From Rhodospirillales bacterium (GTDB taxonomy: Bacteria; Pseudomonadota; Alphaproteobacteria; JAJFIK01), in NCBI GenBank assembly GCA_021775005.1, contig JAJFIK010000080.1:2014-66013 (forward strand): a stretch of DNA of 64,000 nt, in the 5' to 3' direction. How positions within the stretch are numbered: position 1 is the first letter of the stretch; each line of letters starts with the position of its first letter. The translations under genes and the position numbers were made by a program. The notes under the pieces were generated by a model. It was not told where the DNA came from and made no database searches. It saw nothing but the letters and a program-made list of their open reading frames with translations. Positions 37,336 to 48,207 of the stretch are shown piece by piece.

Positions 37336-38142
37336 ATGCCGTCCATTCCGTTTGATTTGCCGCCGCGGAGCCAAAAGCCGCGCTCCAAAGGCTTCACCAA
37401 CGCGCTTGATAGCGGGCTTGGGGTGCGCGCCATTGAAGACACGCTGGAGGTTTGCGCCGCGTACACAGACGTTGTGAAACTGGGCTGGGGCACGGCGCAG
37501 CTGACGCCAAATCTTGCTGAAAAACTTGCGGTCTATCACCGCTTTGATGTGGCCACCTGTCCTGGGGGGCTGATGTTTGAGCTATCCTATTGGCAGAACA
37601 AGACAGATGCCTACGCAAGTTTCGCCGCCGACATGGGCTTTTCCTATGTGGAGGTCTCCAACGGCTCGCTCCCGATCCCGGAACTTGAGAAATGCCGCCA
37701 GGTGGAAGCGCTGACGAGCAAGGGCTTTAAGGTCCTCTCCGAAGTGGGGAGCAAGGATGCCGATTTTGTCATGGCCCCCGATGCATGGGTATCAGCAATC
37801 AAGGATGATCTCAGCGCAGGGGCGTTCAAAGTCATTGTCGAAGGGCGCGCAGATGCCAGCGCTGGGATCTATGGCGCTGACGGCAAGGTACGCGGCGATG
37901 CCATCGACGCCATCTTGAGTTCAGGTATCGATCCAGATCGGTTGATCTTTGAGGCGCCGTTTAAGCCGCAGATGATTTTCTTTGTCACCAAGCTGGGGCC
38001 GGACGTGAATGTGGGCAATGTGGCGCTGGGTGAGGTGTTAAATCTTGAGACACTGCGGCTTGGGTTGCGCGGTCACACCGTGGAGCATTTCTTTGCCCCT
38101 GATCACAAATCTGCCCACGAAGCAACAGCGATACAGACCTAG
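37336..38142 (+). CDS. comA: Phosphosulfolactate synthase
   Basis: PRSQKPR..G.T, KLGWGT, EVSNG, EVGSK, FEAP, LETLRLGLRG. Confidence 0.9.
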   Translation: MPSIPFDLPPRSQKPRSKGFTNALDSGLGVRAIEDTLEVCAAYTDVVKLGWGTAQLTPNLAEKLAVYHRFDVATCPGGLMFELSYWQNKTDAYASFAADMGFSYVEVSNGSLPIPELEKCRQVEALTSKGFKVLSEVGSKDADFVMAPDAWVSAIKDDLSAGAFKVIVEGRADASAGIYGADGKVRGDAIDAILSSGIDPDRLIFEAPFKPQMIFFVTKLGPDVNVGNVALGEVLNLETLRLGLRGHTVEHFFAPDHKSAHEATAIQT

Positions 38143-38351
38143 AGCTGCCGTCCGCCGCCAACATCAACGCCATAGAGCGAAAACAGCCGCACCAGCATCA
38201 ATATGCCGATGAACGTTGCTGTGAACATGATGATGTTCCACGGAATATAGCGGTTCTTGCCTGGCTCATAGGTCTTGTTGGTCTGGTATCGCCCCAGGGC
38301 AATGACGCACATGGATACGAACAAAATCGTGGTGGTGGTGATCCAACCCAT
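38139..38351 (-). CDS. Small two-TM hypothetical membrane protein (70 aa)
   Basis: MGWITTT...PGKNRYIPW...; GGAGA RBS; two hydrophobic helices. Confidence 0.65.
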   Translation of the reverse strand: MGWITTTTILFVSMCVIALGRYQTNKTYEPGKNRYIPWNIIMFTATFIGILMLVRLFSLYGVDVGGGRQL

Positions 38352-38606
38352 TACATATCTCCAACGCAGATAACTCTCGAAATTTGGCGGGTAATCTAGG
38401 CATCTGCGTGCGGTCCGTCTACTGCTGAACGTTAACTGAACGAACTGTTGGCGGCGGACTTGCTGACTGTGTTGTGATTTCCTTCCCACAATAGCCTCAA
38501 TTCGGATCGTCGGTTGCCCAAATTGGCAACTATTTTCGGTCATAGTGAAAGGAATGGTGGGGTGCCCCCGACAGGCCAAGGCCTGTGAAAGAGAAAGGGC
38601 AAGACG

Positions 38607-39149
38607 ATGATTACGGTGCGCAAGGCCGAACAAGGCGATGCGGCAGCCATGGGCCGCGTTTATGTGGATGCATGGCGAGACGCTTATCCGGGCCTTTTGG
38701 CAGACGCTGGCCTTTTGGCCATGTCGCCAGAGCGGCAAGCCTTTGCCTGGGCACGTACTATTTCCCGCCAATCGGACGACAATTTTGTGCTGGTGGCAGA
38801 ACGCAGCCGCTACGGCATTGTTGGGCTGGCCTCTGGCGGGCGCTGCCGCGACCGGGATGCGCGCCACGATGGCGAAGTCTACGCATTATATATTGACCCA
38901 AATCACCAACGGGGCGGCGCTGGCCGCGCCCTGCTTGAGGGGATGTTTGCCGCTCTGCGCGAGGCAGGTTGCCGTGATGGCATTATCTGGGCGCTGGCAG
39001 GTAATCCGGCCCGCACGTTTTATGAGCAGATCGGGGGCATTGAAGTGGCGCACCGCTCAGCGGAAACATTTGGTGAATGCCATGAGGAAGTAGGATTTGA
39101 ATTTCCTGAACTCTGTCTGCTCCAATCAGAAAGTGTTCTGCGCTCCTAA
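38607..39149 (+). CDS. GNAT family N-acetyltransferase
   Basis: EVYALYIDP.HQRGGAGRAL, N.AR.FYE..GG. Confidence 0.9.
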   Translation: MITVRKAEQGDAAAMGRVYVDAWRDAYPGLLADAGLLAMSPERQAFAWARTISRQSDDNFVLVAERSRYGIVGLASGGRCRDRDARHDGEVYALYIDPNHQRGGAGRALLEGMFAALREAGCRDGIIWALAGNPARTFYEQIGGIEVAHRSAETFGECHEEVGFEFPELCLLQSESVLRS

Positions 39150-39154
39150 ATTGC

Positions 39155-40444
39155 TCAGCTCGCCAGCATCCGCGCTTGGCTCTGATCCCCAACACTCCGC
39201 ACGCGGAAATATGGCAAACACATTTCAATGCAGGCACCAGGCTCGTCGTTGTCCGCGAGGGTTAGGCGGCCGCCATGGGCTTCCACCAACCGGGTGACCA
39301 CACAAAGGCCAATACCCAGGCCATCGTTTCGTGTATCATTGAGGTCACCGATCTTCTGAAATGACTGACAGGCCAATTTGAATTCCGGATTGGAAAGGCC
39401 TGGGCCTTCATCGGCCACAGTGATGGTGAGGTTGTCTTCACCATCAAGTCCAACAGAAAGCCGCACTGTGCCGCCATCGGGGGTCACCTTGATGGCGTTG
39501 TCGAGCAGTTGTGAGATCATCTGCTCTGTATGAAGGCGGTCAGCATGGATGAGCAGGTCATCCTCGCAGTTTTTTTGAACGTGAAGCGCGAGTTTGCGAT
39601 TGGGCCGCAACAATTGCACGCGCTGTTCCACCTGCGTGATCATTTCAAAAATATCGAATGTTTCTTCATTCAAGCGCACTTCGCCAGTTTCCAGCTGGCT
39701 GTAGGTGAGAACAGACTCGATGATCCGCTCTAGTGATTTCCCAGCTGAAAAGATGCAGTTGGCATAGTCTTCTATCGCGTTAAGGGACATCTTGCCGCCC
39801 CGCATGATTTCGGAAAAACCAAGTATGGCGTTGAGCGGCGTCCGTAGCTCGTGATTGGCAATCGTCAACACCCGTCGCCGCGCCTTCTCCGCCGCGTCGC
39901 CGCCACCGCCCCCTTCGACATCGGCTAGGCGCTCGCTCATTTGCAGAAGGCTTTTGCGCGCTATCAAGGCCGACATGGCCTGCGCAGCTAAATCCTTCAA
40001 CATCTGGCGTTCCTCCTCGCTGAAAGAAGCACGCGGCTCAAAACCAAAAATGCAGAGCGTTCCCAGGCGCACCCCCGGCGCTGCCATCAACGGTGCTCCG
40101 ACATAGAACCGCACATGAGGTTCATTGACGACCAGTGCGTGCTGGGCAAACCGCGGGTCTTTGTGCGTATCAAGAATGACTAGTGGTTCGTCCTGCATAA
40201 TCGCATAGGCGCAGAAGGCATGCTGCCGCGACGACTCGCAAAATTCCACACCGACCGTCGACTTAAACCAGTTTCGCGATGTGTCCATCATGGTCAGCAG
40301 CGCAGCCGGTACACCGAAGTGAGACGAGGCGAAACGCGTCAGGCGGTCGAACTCTGGCTCTGGCGGTGTGTCCAGAATTTGAAGATCGTGAACGACCGAC
40401 AAGCGGTATTCTTCATTGGTGGGGATGGGGAAATTTTCGTCCAT
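39155..40444 (-). CDS. GAF-domain sensor histidine kinase
   Basis: LQILDTPPEPEFD, FCAYAI, RFYVGAPL, HELRTPLN, DNAIK, DEGPG, GLGIGL. Confidence 0.93.
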   Translation of the reverse strand: MDENFPIPTNEEYRLSVVHDLQILDTPPEPEFDRLTRFASSHFGVPAALLTMMDTSRNWFKSTVGVEFCESSRQHAFCAYAIMQDEPLVILDTHKDPRFAQHALVVNEPHVRFYVGAPLMAAPGVRLGTLCIFGFEPRASFSEEERQMLKDLAAQAMSALIARKSLLQMSERLADVEGGGGGDAAEKARRRVLTIANHELRTPLNAILGFSEIMRGGKMSLNAIEDYANCIFSAGKSLERIIESVLTYSQLETGEVRLNEETFDIFEMITQVEQRVQLLRPNRKLALHVQKNCEDDLLIHADRLHTEQMISQLLDNAIKVTPDGGTVRLSVGLDGEDNLTITVADEGPGLSNPEFKLACQSFQKIGDLNDTRNDGLGIGLCVVTRLVEAHGGRLTLADNDEPGACIEMCLPYFRVRSVGDQSQARMLAS

Positions 40445-40590
40445 TGTTTCGTTCCGTCTTAGATTTCAAGCCATCGATATCGTTGGCATATAGAATACGG
40501 ACAAATAGAGTGATTGGATTTCCATTCCATCAATAGATTGCGAAACACTGTGGTTAGGGTAAACGAATGGTAAAGAGCCGCGCCGCGGTA

Positions 40591-41094
40591 CTAAATCACC
40601 AGCAGTTTTGGGAAGATCAGGTCGACGACGTCGCCTGCGTGCGGTTTGACTGCACGCCACGTCTCCGCATCAAAATCGATGACAGCCAGTGCGCCGGCGG
40701 GAAATTTGTCAGGCGCGGCCGCGTCCCGTTTGGCCAGGATATCAATCAGTTCTGCAAGGCCAGGATTGTGCGCAATCAACATCAGGGAATTCGCCCCCGC
40801 ATCCGCATCACGAATGCGGTCCAGCAACACATCCGGGCTGGCATGATAAAGCTCTGCTTCCATGCTCATTGCAATGTCTATCCCGAACTCGGGTGTCATG
40901 AGAGCCAGGGTCTCCCGCGTCCGCTTGGCGGTGGAACATAGGATCATGTCTGGCAGGTAATCACGGAACTTGAGCTCTGCCCCCATGCGCTTGGCAGCGT
41001 CCTTGCCGCGCTTATTCAGCGGGCGGTCGTGATCCTTCATGCCTTCTTCGCTCCAGCTCGATTTGGCATGCCGCATCAGATAAACGCGCTTCAT
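40591..41094 (-). CDS. sixA: SixA-type histidine phosphatase
   Basis: LMRHAKS, DHDRPLN.RG, STAKRTRET, HNPG. Confidence 0.88.
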   Translation of the reverse strand: MKRVYLMRHAKSSWSEEGMKDHDRPLNKRGKDAAKRMGAELKFRDYLPDMILCSTAKRTRETLALMTPEFGIDIAMSMEAELYHASPDVLLDRIRDADAGANSLMLIAHNPGLAELIDILAKRDAAAPDKFPAGALAVIDFDAETWRAVKPHAGDVVDLIFPKLLVI

Positions 41095-41921
41095 TCGGAA
41101 TGACCTTCTTTTCGCCTGGCGGATTCGCCAATAGGATACCATAGCAACCAAAGGAAATTGCCAACAGGTCGTTTTCGAGTACTTGCAAGCCCCAGTTCCA
41201 TGTTTGCATGGCCATCCTGGGGTTCAGTGGTGTAGGTGCCAAATAGCCTGTCCCAAAGCGATAGATTAAATCCGTAATTGGAATCGCACTCGCGCAAATG
41301 CACAGAGTGGTGGATGCGGTGCATATCGGGTGTGACAACGGCAAAGCGTAAGCCCCGATCCGCCCAGATCGGCAGGCGCAAGTTTGAGTGATTGAAAAGG
41401 GCCATGCCGCTCAACACGACTTCAAACAAGATGATGGCCGCTGCCGAAGGACCGATCATCGCAACCGCAACAATTTTGATCGCCATTGAGACCAGGATTT
41501 CAAAAGGATGAAATCTCAGTGCCGTGGTTGCGTCCAGGTCGCGGTCAGTATGATGCACCCGATGCAGACGCCAAAGCAGCGGGAATTTGTGCATGGCAAC
41601 ATGTTGCGCCCAAATAAGCGCATCAAGCAGCAGCAGCGCGATGACGAATTCTGCAATCCATGGGAGATCCACAAGATTTAGTACGCCATATCCTTGGGCT
41701 TGCGCCCACAGCGCAACGCCCACCGCCAGAACGGGCACAACAAACCGCAACACAAGCGTGTTGACGACAGTGAGTCCCAAATTGACGCTCCAGCGCGTCA
41801 AACGTGACATGGTGCGCGCCTTGCGAGGCAGCAGCGCCTCAAGTGCCGCGAAGCCAATCAAAAATCCAATAAAGGCCGCCAGCCGCAGGGTCGGCTCATT
41901 GGCAATCAAATACTCGTTCAT
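41091..41921 (-). CDS. Sterol desaturase/fatty-acid hydroxylase family membrane protein
   Basis: His boxes H..MH, HRVHH, RFHP, FNHSN, HRIHH; WDRLFGTY. Confidence 0.9.
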   Translation of the reverse strand: MNEYLIANEPTLRLAAFIGFLIGFAALEALLPRKARTMSRLTRWSVNLGLTVVNTLVLRFVVPVLAVGVALWAQAQGYGVLNLVDLPWIAEFVIALLLLDALIWAQHVAMHKFPLLWRLHRVHHTDRDLDATTALRFHPFEILVSMAIKIVAVAMIGPSAAAIILFEVVLSGMALFNHSNLRLPIWADRGLRFAVVTPDMHRIHHSVHLRECDSNYGFNLSLWDRLFGTYTTEPQDGHANMELGLASTRKRPVGNFLWLLWYPIGESARRKEGHSE

Positions 41922-41998
41922 GGTCCCGAAACTGGGCTGGTTTCAGGTTGCGATCAAGCGCTTGTTTGCCCGCCGCGGTTACGCCTAGGCTTGGGCCT

Positions 41999-42619
41999 AT
42001 GGAATTGCTTGTAGATGGGCCCAACAATGCCGCACTGACCATCGTGCTCGCGCACGGGGCGGGGGTTGGTATGGACGCCACCTTTATGGCACAGGTGGCT
42101 GCCGGGCTGGTGGCGGGCGGTCATCGGGTGGTCCGTTTTGAGTTTCCCTATATGGCGCGACGACGAGAAACCGGCAAACGCGGTCCGCCAGATCGCGCGC
42201 CGAAATTGATCGAAAGTTTTTCTCAGGCTATCGCCGCGGCAGAGCCGCAAGGACCCCTTGTGCTCGCGGGCAAAAGCATGGGCGGGCGCCTGGCAACAAT
42301 GATAGCCACCGACCAAAAGGCAGCGGGGGTGGTGGTGTTTGGCTATCCGTTTCATCCGCCCGCCAAGCCCGAAAACTTGCGCACCGACCATCTAGGTGAT
42401 CTGAAGGTGCCCACACTCTTTTGCCAAGGGGAACGTGATCCCTTCGGCACTAAAGCTGAAGTGCCAAGCTTTAAGCTCTCAAACCACATTGAATTTTGCT
42501 GGTTGCCAGATGGCGATCATGATTTCAAACCGCGCAAGGCAAGCGGGCATAGCCACGACGGCAATATTGCCGCCGCGCTTGAAACGTCGTTAAGCTTCTT
42601 GAAGCGAATTGGCGTTTAA
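41999..42619 (+). CDS. Alpha/beta hydrolase (COG3571/KANSL3-like)
   Basis: LAHGAG, GKSMGGR, GYPFHPP, QGERDPFG, GDHD. Confidence 0.9.
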   Translation: MELLVDGPNNAALTIVLAHGAGVGMDATFMAQVAAGLVAGGHRVVRFEFPYMARRRETGKRGPPDRAPKLIESFSQAIAAAEPQGPLVLAGKSMGGRLATMIATDQKAAGVVVFGYPFHPPAKPENLRTDHLGDLKVPTLFCQGERDPFGTKAEVPSFKLSNHIEFCWLPDGDHDFKPRKASGHSHDGNIAAALETSLSFLKRIGV

Positions 42620-43032
42620 AGCGTCATATGCCGCGCGCGTGCCGACCATTCGATCGCACCTGAATGCAATCGGCTGAGCCGCAGTGTGTCGCGAATCATC
42701 TCAAGCACGCGCAACTCTTCCTGATCGACGCTTTCGTCTGCCGCGGCAATTTCAATGGCGCAAGCATAGGCGGTTTCATAAAGGCGCTCAGGCAGAACTT
42801 CCTCAACAATGTTTAGAACGCTTTGCAGGCCATCTTCGTCAGCGGCCAGAAGAGTGCCGCATTCTTCAGCGACGGATACCAGTTGATTGGAATCGAAATC
42901 CTTAAACACCGGAAATTTGCGCACGATCTCGCCAATGGTCATCAACTCCGCATCGGTCATGTCTGCATCGGCAGCTGAAACAACGACCATCAAATAGATC
43001 AATGCCTTGTGAGGGTTCAGGTCCTGGTTCAT
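42616..43032 (-). CDS. TerB-like tellurite resistance family protein
   Basis: ALIYLMVVVSAAD..M.D.E, ETAYA...EIAAAD, AIE..ARAR. Confidence 0.85.
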   Translation of the reverse strand: MNQDLNPHKALIYLMVVVSAADADMTDAELMTIGEIVRKFPVFKDFDSNQLVSVAEECGTLLAADEDGLQSVLNIVEEVLPERLYETAYACAIEIAAADESVDQEELRVLEMIRDTLRLSRLHSGAIEWSARARHMTL

Positions 43033-43091
43033 TGGTTCTGGTTCCAAGTCTTTGATTGAGGGGGTCACATATCGCGCGGGACCATAGAGGC

Positions 43092-45866
43092 TCACCTGCA
43101 GGAGGGCAAGAAGTCCCGTACCCGGCTGATGGCGTCCGCAAGGCCGATCCGCTCTACCTCAACGCCTTCGGGAAATGCCGTCAGCAGCCGCGTGGGGGTT
43201 GCGGCATCCAACATGACAAAGATACCGCGGTCATCTTTCTTGCGGATCAGCCGCCCAAAAGCTTGCTTCAGGCGCAATCTGGTCAATACATCGTCATAGC
43301 GCCGACCAAAGCGCTGCCGGCGGGCCTTATGCAAGATGTCGGGCCGAGGCCAGGGCACCCGATCAAAGACAATGAGCCGAAGGGAATCCCCCGGCACATC
43401 GATACCGTCTCGCACTGCGTCAGTGCCGAGAAGGCAGGCATGGCGATCAGCCCGGAAAATATCCACAAGTGTGCCGGCGTCCATGGCGTCCACATGCTGG
43501 GCATAAAGCGGCAGGCCCCCGGCCTCCAAAGGCTCAGCAATCAGGTCATAGGTCGCGCGCAAACGCTGAATGGCGGTAAAAAGACCCAAGGCGCCGCCCC
43601 CCGCAGCGCAAAAGAGTTCTCGGAACGCGGCGCTGGTCTGGCTGGCGTCGTTTTTGTTGAGGTCATTGACGACAATGACCCGGGTATTGGCCGCGTAGTC
43701 AAAAGGACTTTGAAAGTGACCGCGCGCGGCAGCGCCCACCATATGATTTGCCCCGGTGCGAATTTCCGCGCTTTCCCAGCCATCGTCATCAGGGGCAATG
43801 TCGCGAAGGGTTGCTGAGGTGATGAGCGTGCCTTGGGCACGGTCCAGCACATTAAGGGCAAATGGCTCCGTCGGGTCGATCCAATGGCGATGCATGCCCA
43901 CATCAAAGAGCCGCCCATATTGATGCTCGAGCGAAAACCAATCGACAAACGTGTCCGTCTTGGGGGCGTGCAATGCTGCCAACATGTCGCGCCACGCGGG
44001 GATAAGAAGATGCGCGCGGCGTTCAATACCCCGCGCAACGCTTTCGATACGGGCGCGGGCGGGGCTATCGAGATCTTCCGCTTCGGTATCAAGGCGCTGG
44101 CGCAATTCCTTCGCGAGAATTTGCAAAGGTTTCGCCAGGCCCTGTAGCGCGCTATCGAATGATATTGCGGCATCTAAAATGCCATCCATCAAGGGCTCTG
44201 CTGTGGCTTCAAGGGCGTAGGAGGTGTAGCGCGCGTTCTTGTTCTGAGCGGCAACATGAAGGCGCACAAGGGCAAATAAGTCCTCGGCGGGCCCTTGCGG
44301 TGTGCCGTCGATCACGCGCGTTGTCCAACCATCAAGGGGTAATGAGCGGGCTGCGGCAACAGCGGCTTCAAGGGCTTCCTGCGCTACCACTTCGGTGGTG
44401 AGCTCGCCAGCGCGCTCTAACAACCCGCGGGCACGGCTGCCACGGCGTCCCTCGGGCCCTCGAATCCAGCGCCGCAGCTCAGAGGTTTCCAGCGCCGTCA
44501 GATGGGCAGAAAAAGCCGAGTCGGCGGCATCAAAGAGATGGTGGCCTTCGTCAAAGATATATCTCGCGCGGCGATCAGATAGATCTTCCTGGCTGCTCTC
44601 GTGGGCCGGCGTAAGGGCGCGGTCGAGGGCTGCTTGGGTCAGCACCAATGCGTGGTTGGCGACCACCAATCGGGCGTGACGCGCCTTGCGCACGGATTTT
44701 TCGATAACGCAACGGCGATAGTGCGGGCACGCGGAATAGATGCACTCCCCCCGCCGGTCGGTAAGCTGATACTCAAGGCCTGTCTCAAGCCAGGCGGGAT
44801 AGTCGCCGCCAATCATGTCACCGTCGCGACTTGCGAGGGCCCAACGTGCGATGAGCGCCATCTCAATCTGGCCAAGGCCGCGCAGAGCGGTGCTGGCGCG
44901 CATGGCCGCCTCCTGGAAATTCAACAGGCAGAGGTAATTTTCGCGACCCTTTCGGATCGCCGTCCAGCGCGCTTTTTCGGCAGGATCGGGATAGACCCGC
45001 GAGAGCTCTTGATTGATCTGCCGTTGCAGGTTCTTGGTATAGGTGGAGATCCAGATGCCGGGACCATTTTTCTCTGACCACACGCTGGCGGGCGCAAGGT
45101 AACCCAGCGTCTTGCCAAGACCGGTTCCCGCCTCAGCCAAAATGACACTGGTGTTGCCGTCAGGTCCAGGTGCCAGTGCCGTGGCCGCGAGTTGGGCATA
45201 GTCCTTTTGAACCTCGCGCGCTTCTCCACCCGTGCCCACAAGGGCTGCGAGGCGTGATGCGGTTTCTTCAGGTGCGACGCCCTGTGTGCCCGGCGGGGGC
45301 GCTGGCCCGCGTTCTTCCCATTCAGGTAGCCGCATCCAGACATCAAGACCTGAGCCTTGCGCGCCCATTTCCGCCATCTTGGGGCCAAAAGCCCCTGCTA
45401 CATGGGGCCCCCAGGCCCAGCCCGCCCGCGCCAAAGTGCGGGTAAGGGCAATGGCTTGGTCAATGCTGTTGGTGTTCCCGCCCCCAAGATCAGACAACAG
45501 CATACGCGCGGCGTGATGCAGCGCCGCTGCTTCGGCGACCGGCCCGTGCGGCGTTTCAAGACCGGCGATCTGCGCCAAACCGGCCGGGGTTGGCACGCAG
45601 AATTCGGCGGGGCGGACAAAGGCAAACAACTCCAAAATATCAAACAAGCTCTCGCGCGCTGGCGGACGCTTGGCACCCAGGCGCCGCGCCGAAAACCCTT
45701 TGTGGCAGATAAGTACCTCGCCGCGCTCGAACAGCTCGCGTGCGGCATTGGCATCAAGGGACTTGATCTCACCCCCCTCGGCGGCAACAAAAGCTGCCCC
45801 AGCGTGCACAATGAGCGCAGGCGGAAGATCATTGGATGTGAGAGAAGACTCAGCTGACACGGACAT
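43092..45866 (-). CDS. dinG: ATP-dependent DNA helicase, DinG/YoaA family (Fe-S)
   Basis: EAGTGLGKT, KGRENYLC, C.YSACP....C, DEGH, DGIDVPG, QAFGRLIR. Confidence 0.9.
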   Translation of the reverse strand: MSVSAESSLTSNDLPPALIVHAGAAFVAAEGGEIKSLDANAARELFERGEVLICHKGFSARRLGAKRPPARESLFDILELFAFVRPAEFCVPTPAGLAQIAGLETPHGPVAEAAALHHAARMLLSDLGGGNTNSIDQAIALTRTLARAGWAWGPHVAGAFGPKMAEMGAQGSGLDVWMRLPEWEERGPAPPPGTQGVAPEETASRLAALVGTGGEAREVQKDYAQLAATALAPGPDGNTSVILAEAGTGLGKTLGYLAPASVWSEKNGPGIWISTYTKNLQRQINQELSRVYPDPAEKARWTAIRKGRENYLCLLNFQEAAMRASTALRGLGQIEMALIARWALASRDGDMIGGDYPAWLETGLEYQLTDRRGECIYSACPHYRRCVIEKSVRKARHARLVVANHALVLTQAALDRALTPAHESSQEDLSDRRARYIFDEGHHLFDAADSAFSAHLTALETSELRRWIRGPEGRRGSRARGLLERAGELTTEVVAQEALEAAVAAARSLPLDGWTTRVIDGTPQGPAEDLFALVRLHVAAQNKNARYTSYALEATAEPLMDGILDAAISFDSALQGLAKPLQILAKELRQRLDTEAEDLDSPARARIESVARGIERRAHLLIPAWRDMLAALHAPKTDTFVDWFSLEHQYGRLFDVGMHRHWIDPTEPFALNVLDRAQGTLITSATLRDIAPDDDGWESAEIRTGANHMVGAAARGHFQSPFDYAANTRVIVVNDLNKNDASQTSAAFRELFCAAGGGALGLFTAIQRLRATYDLIAEPLEAGGLPLYAQHVDAMDAGTLVDIFRADRHACLLGTDAVRDGIDVPGDSLRLIVFDRVPWPRPDILHKARRQRFGRRYDDVLTRLRLKQAFGRLIRKKDDRGIFVMLDAATPTRLLTAFPEGVEVERIGLADAISRVRDFLPSCR

Positions 45867-45909
45867 CGCGCAAAACTAGCACGATCACAATGATCGTACA
45901 GCGTCGGAT

Positions 45910-48207
45910 TTATCCGGCCTTAAGGGCCCCGACGGCTTTGCGGGCCTCATCTACAGCGCCGGTGAAACTTGTGTGGCCCGCCGCCAAGGCTGCGCTGTCT
46001 TCGGAATTTGCCGCACGCATAAGCTCTCGCGCTGCGGCCTCCAGGGCCACAAAGCCGAGATTGGCAGACGCTCCGGCAAGGCTGTGGGATAGCGATGCAG
46101 CTCTAGCGTGGTCGCTGGCATCCACCGCTGATGCAAGATCAACGGTCATTTTATCCATATCGGCAATGTAGGTTTCGATCAGATCGGAAAAGGCAGAGGT
46201 GCCGAGAATGTCCAAAATGCCTTTGAGACGCGACAGGTCGACGGCGGTTCCATCCTGATCCATACCGCTCAATCGCACAGCAGCGGATGTGGTCACATCG
46301 ATAGCGCGGTACAATTGATCGGGCATAATGGGTTTGGCAAGCGCACCATCAAACACCCCGGCATATTCCTTTGGAATAATAAGCGAGCCGTCTTCGCGCA
46401 CTTCTGAGTAAGAAAGGTCAGCCGTAAGTGCCAGGATCGGCAACCGATTGGCAGGTGACGGCAAGGCACGAATTTCTTGGGCCGCTTCAGGGCCAGAGAG
46501 CCGCGGCATGCGAATGTCCATCAGGATCAAATCAGGAAGTCTTGTGCCGTCAGCAAGCCGTGATGAAATAAACTCAACCGCCGCAGCACCATCCCTGACT
46601 CGGACGACGTCATGATTTTGTTGCTTCAAAAGTGCTTCGGCAACCAATGCGTTCACATCATTGTCTTCGGCAAGAAGAATAAAACGCCCTGCCGTTGTGG
46701 ATTTTTCTTCGGCGATCATATTGTCATTGTCAGTATTTTCAGCAGTGCCGCGCGCTGCGGGCAGGCAGAACCAAAAAACACTGCCAACACCTTCGTTCGA
46801 CATGCCGCCGATGCGCCCGCCCATGAGCTCCACCAAGCGCTTGGAGATCGCAAGCCCAAGTCCCGTGCCGCCATAGCGGCGTGTGGTGGATTGGTCCGCT
46901 TGCGTGAAGGGATGAAATAATTGCTCCAACCGGTCGGGGGCGACACCGATGCCGGTGTCTGTGACCGCGACAACAATGTGGTCCGGCGGCAAATCACTCG
47001 GTAAACCGTCGGGTAGAAGGGCTGAGCCAACGGGGGCCAGGCAAACAGCGATTTCACCGCGCTCGGTGAATTTTATGGCGTTGCCAACGAGGTTGAGCAG
47101 CACTTGCCGCGTGCGATGATCATCGGCGCGCGCATAAGCGGCTTTAGAAGGGTCTGTGTGCACTTCCAGCTCAACGCCCTTTGAATCCGCATTGGATTTA
47201 AACAGGCGCAAAACACCGCTGATAACAGGCAAAACTTCAAATGACTCAGAGGAGACATCAAAGCGCCCGGCCTCTAGCTTTGAGAGGTCGAGAATATCAT
47301 TGAGAACCGTCTGCAAGGTTTCGCCGGACTCAACAATCACATCGATATGCTCCTTTTGCTCCTTGTCGAGATCGGAGGTCTGAAGAATATGCGCCATCCC
47401 CATAATGCCATTGAGCGGCGTGCGAACCTCGTGGCTCATGGTGGTGAGAAATTCTGTCTTGGCACGATTTCCAGCTTCGGCCTGGCGTTTTGCTTCCAGT
47501 GCAGTGGCGCGCTCTTGCTTAAGTGAGGACACCAAAGAGTCGTTTTGAAAGCGAAGCGCGATGGACTCAAGTTGTGATTGATTGACAGACTTGGACCACT
47601 CCAAAAGGCCGGTGAGAAATATCAGGCCAAGCACAGCCATCATCATACCAAACGGTGCTGCCGTAATTGCGAGGGCAATCACGATCGGCGCCCCAGACGG
47701 AATGGCGAATGAGATCATCGATGGTTTGTGCATTGCCCGTGAAATAGCGGAGGACGCATTGACGCCCAAAATGACCAGGGCCACTACAGCCTGGTTCTCG
47801 GTATTACCGGGGTCAAACCAGGCGACGCTGCCCATGCCCCAGGCAATTCCCGTGAATAATGAGGCAACGGCAAAGCGGCGGGACCAACTCTCCGGCGCGT
47901 CTGCGCGATCTGCGTCTCCCATGAATGAGAATTGGAGGCCATGGAGGTAAACCCAGCTGGCGCAATAGACGGCAAAGGCGGCCCACGGCATAGGCGTGCC
48001 AAAGTCACTTAGGAGCACAGTTGCGATCAGAAACACCAACACCGGCATGAACCCCGAGCCGCGGTCCATTTCAAATAGTAGTTCGGTTTGGGCTGCAGCT
48101 ACTTTTCGCAATGTGGCGGGGTCCGATGCCACGCTATCGGCTTTGTTGGTTATCAACAAAGGCGACACAGCGACGGTGCCAAGCCAATCAGATAGAGTCT
48201 TCAGCAT
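45910..48207 (-). CDS. Membrane hybrid histidine kinase with receiver and Hpt domains
   Basis: Multi-TM N-terminus; [35 protein letters not shown], Hpt [11 protein letters not shown]. Confidence 0.93.
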   Translation of the reverse strand: MLKTLSDWLGTVAVSPLLITNKADSVASDPATLRKVAAAQTELLFEMDRGSGFMPVLVFLIATVLLSDFGTPMPWAAFAVYCASWVYLHGLQFSFMGDADRADAPESWSRRFAVASLFTGIAWGMGSVAWFDPGNTENQAVVALVILGVNASSAISRAMHKPSMISFAIPSGAPIVIALAITAAPFGMMMAVLGLIFLTGLLEWSKSVNQSQLESIALRFQNDSLVSSLKQERATALEAKRQAEAGNRAKTEFLTTMSHEVRTPLNGIMGMAHILQTSDLDKEQKEHIDVIVESGETLQTVLNDILDLSKLEAGRFDVSSESFEVLPVISGVLRLFKSNADSKGVELEVHTDPSKAAYARADDHRTRQVLLNLVGNAIKFTERGEIAVCLAPVGSALLPDGLPSDLPPDHIVVAVTDTGIGVAPDRLEQLFHPFTQADQSTTRRYGGTGLGLAISKRLVELMGGRIGGMSNEGVGSVFWFCLPAARGTAENTDNDNMIAEEKSTTAGRFILLAEDNDVNALVAEALLKQQNHDVVRVRDGAAAVEFISSRLADGTRLPDLILMDIRMPRLSGPEAAQEIRALPSPANRLPILALTADLSYSEVREDGSLIIPKEYAGVFDGALAKPIMPDQLYRAIDVTTSAAVRLSGMDQDGTAVDLSRLKGILDILGTSAFSDLIETYIADMDKMTVDLASAVDASDHARAASLSHSLAGASANLGFVALEAAARELMRAANSEDSAALAAGHTSFTGAVDEARKAVGALKAG

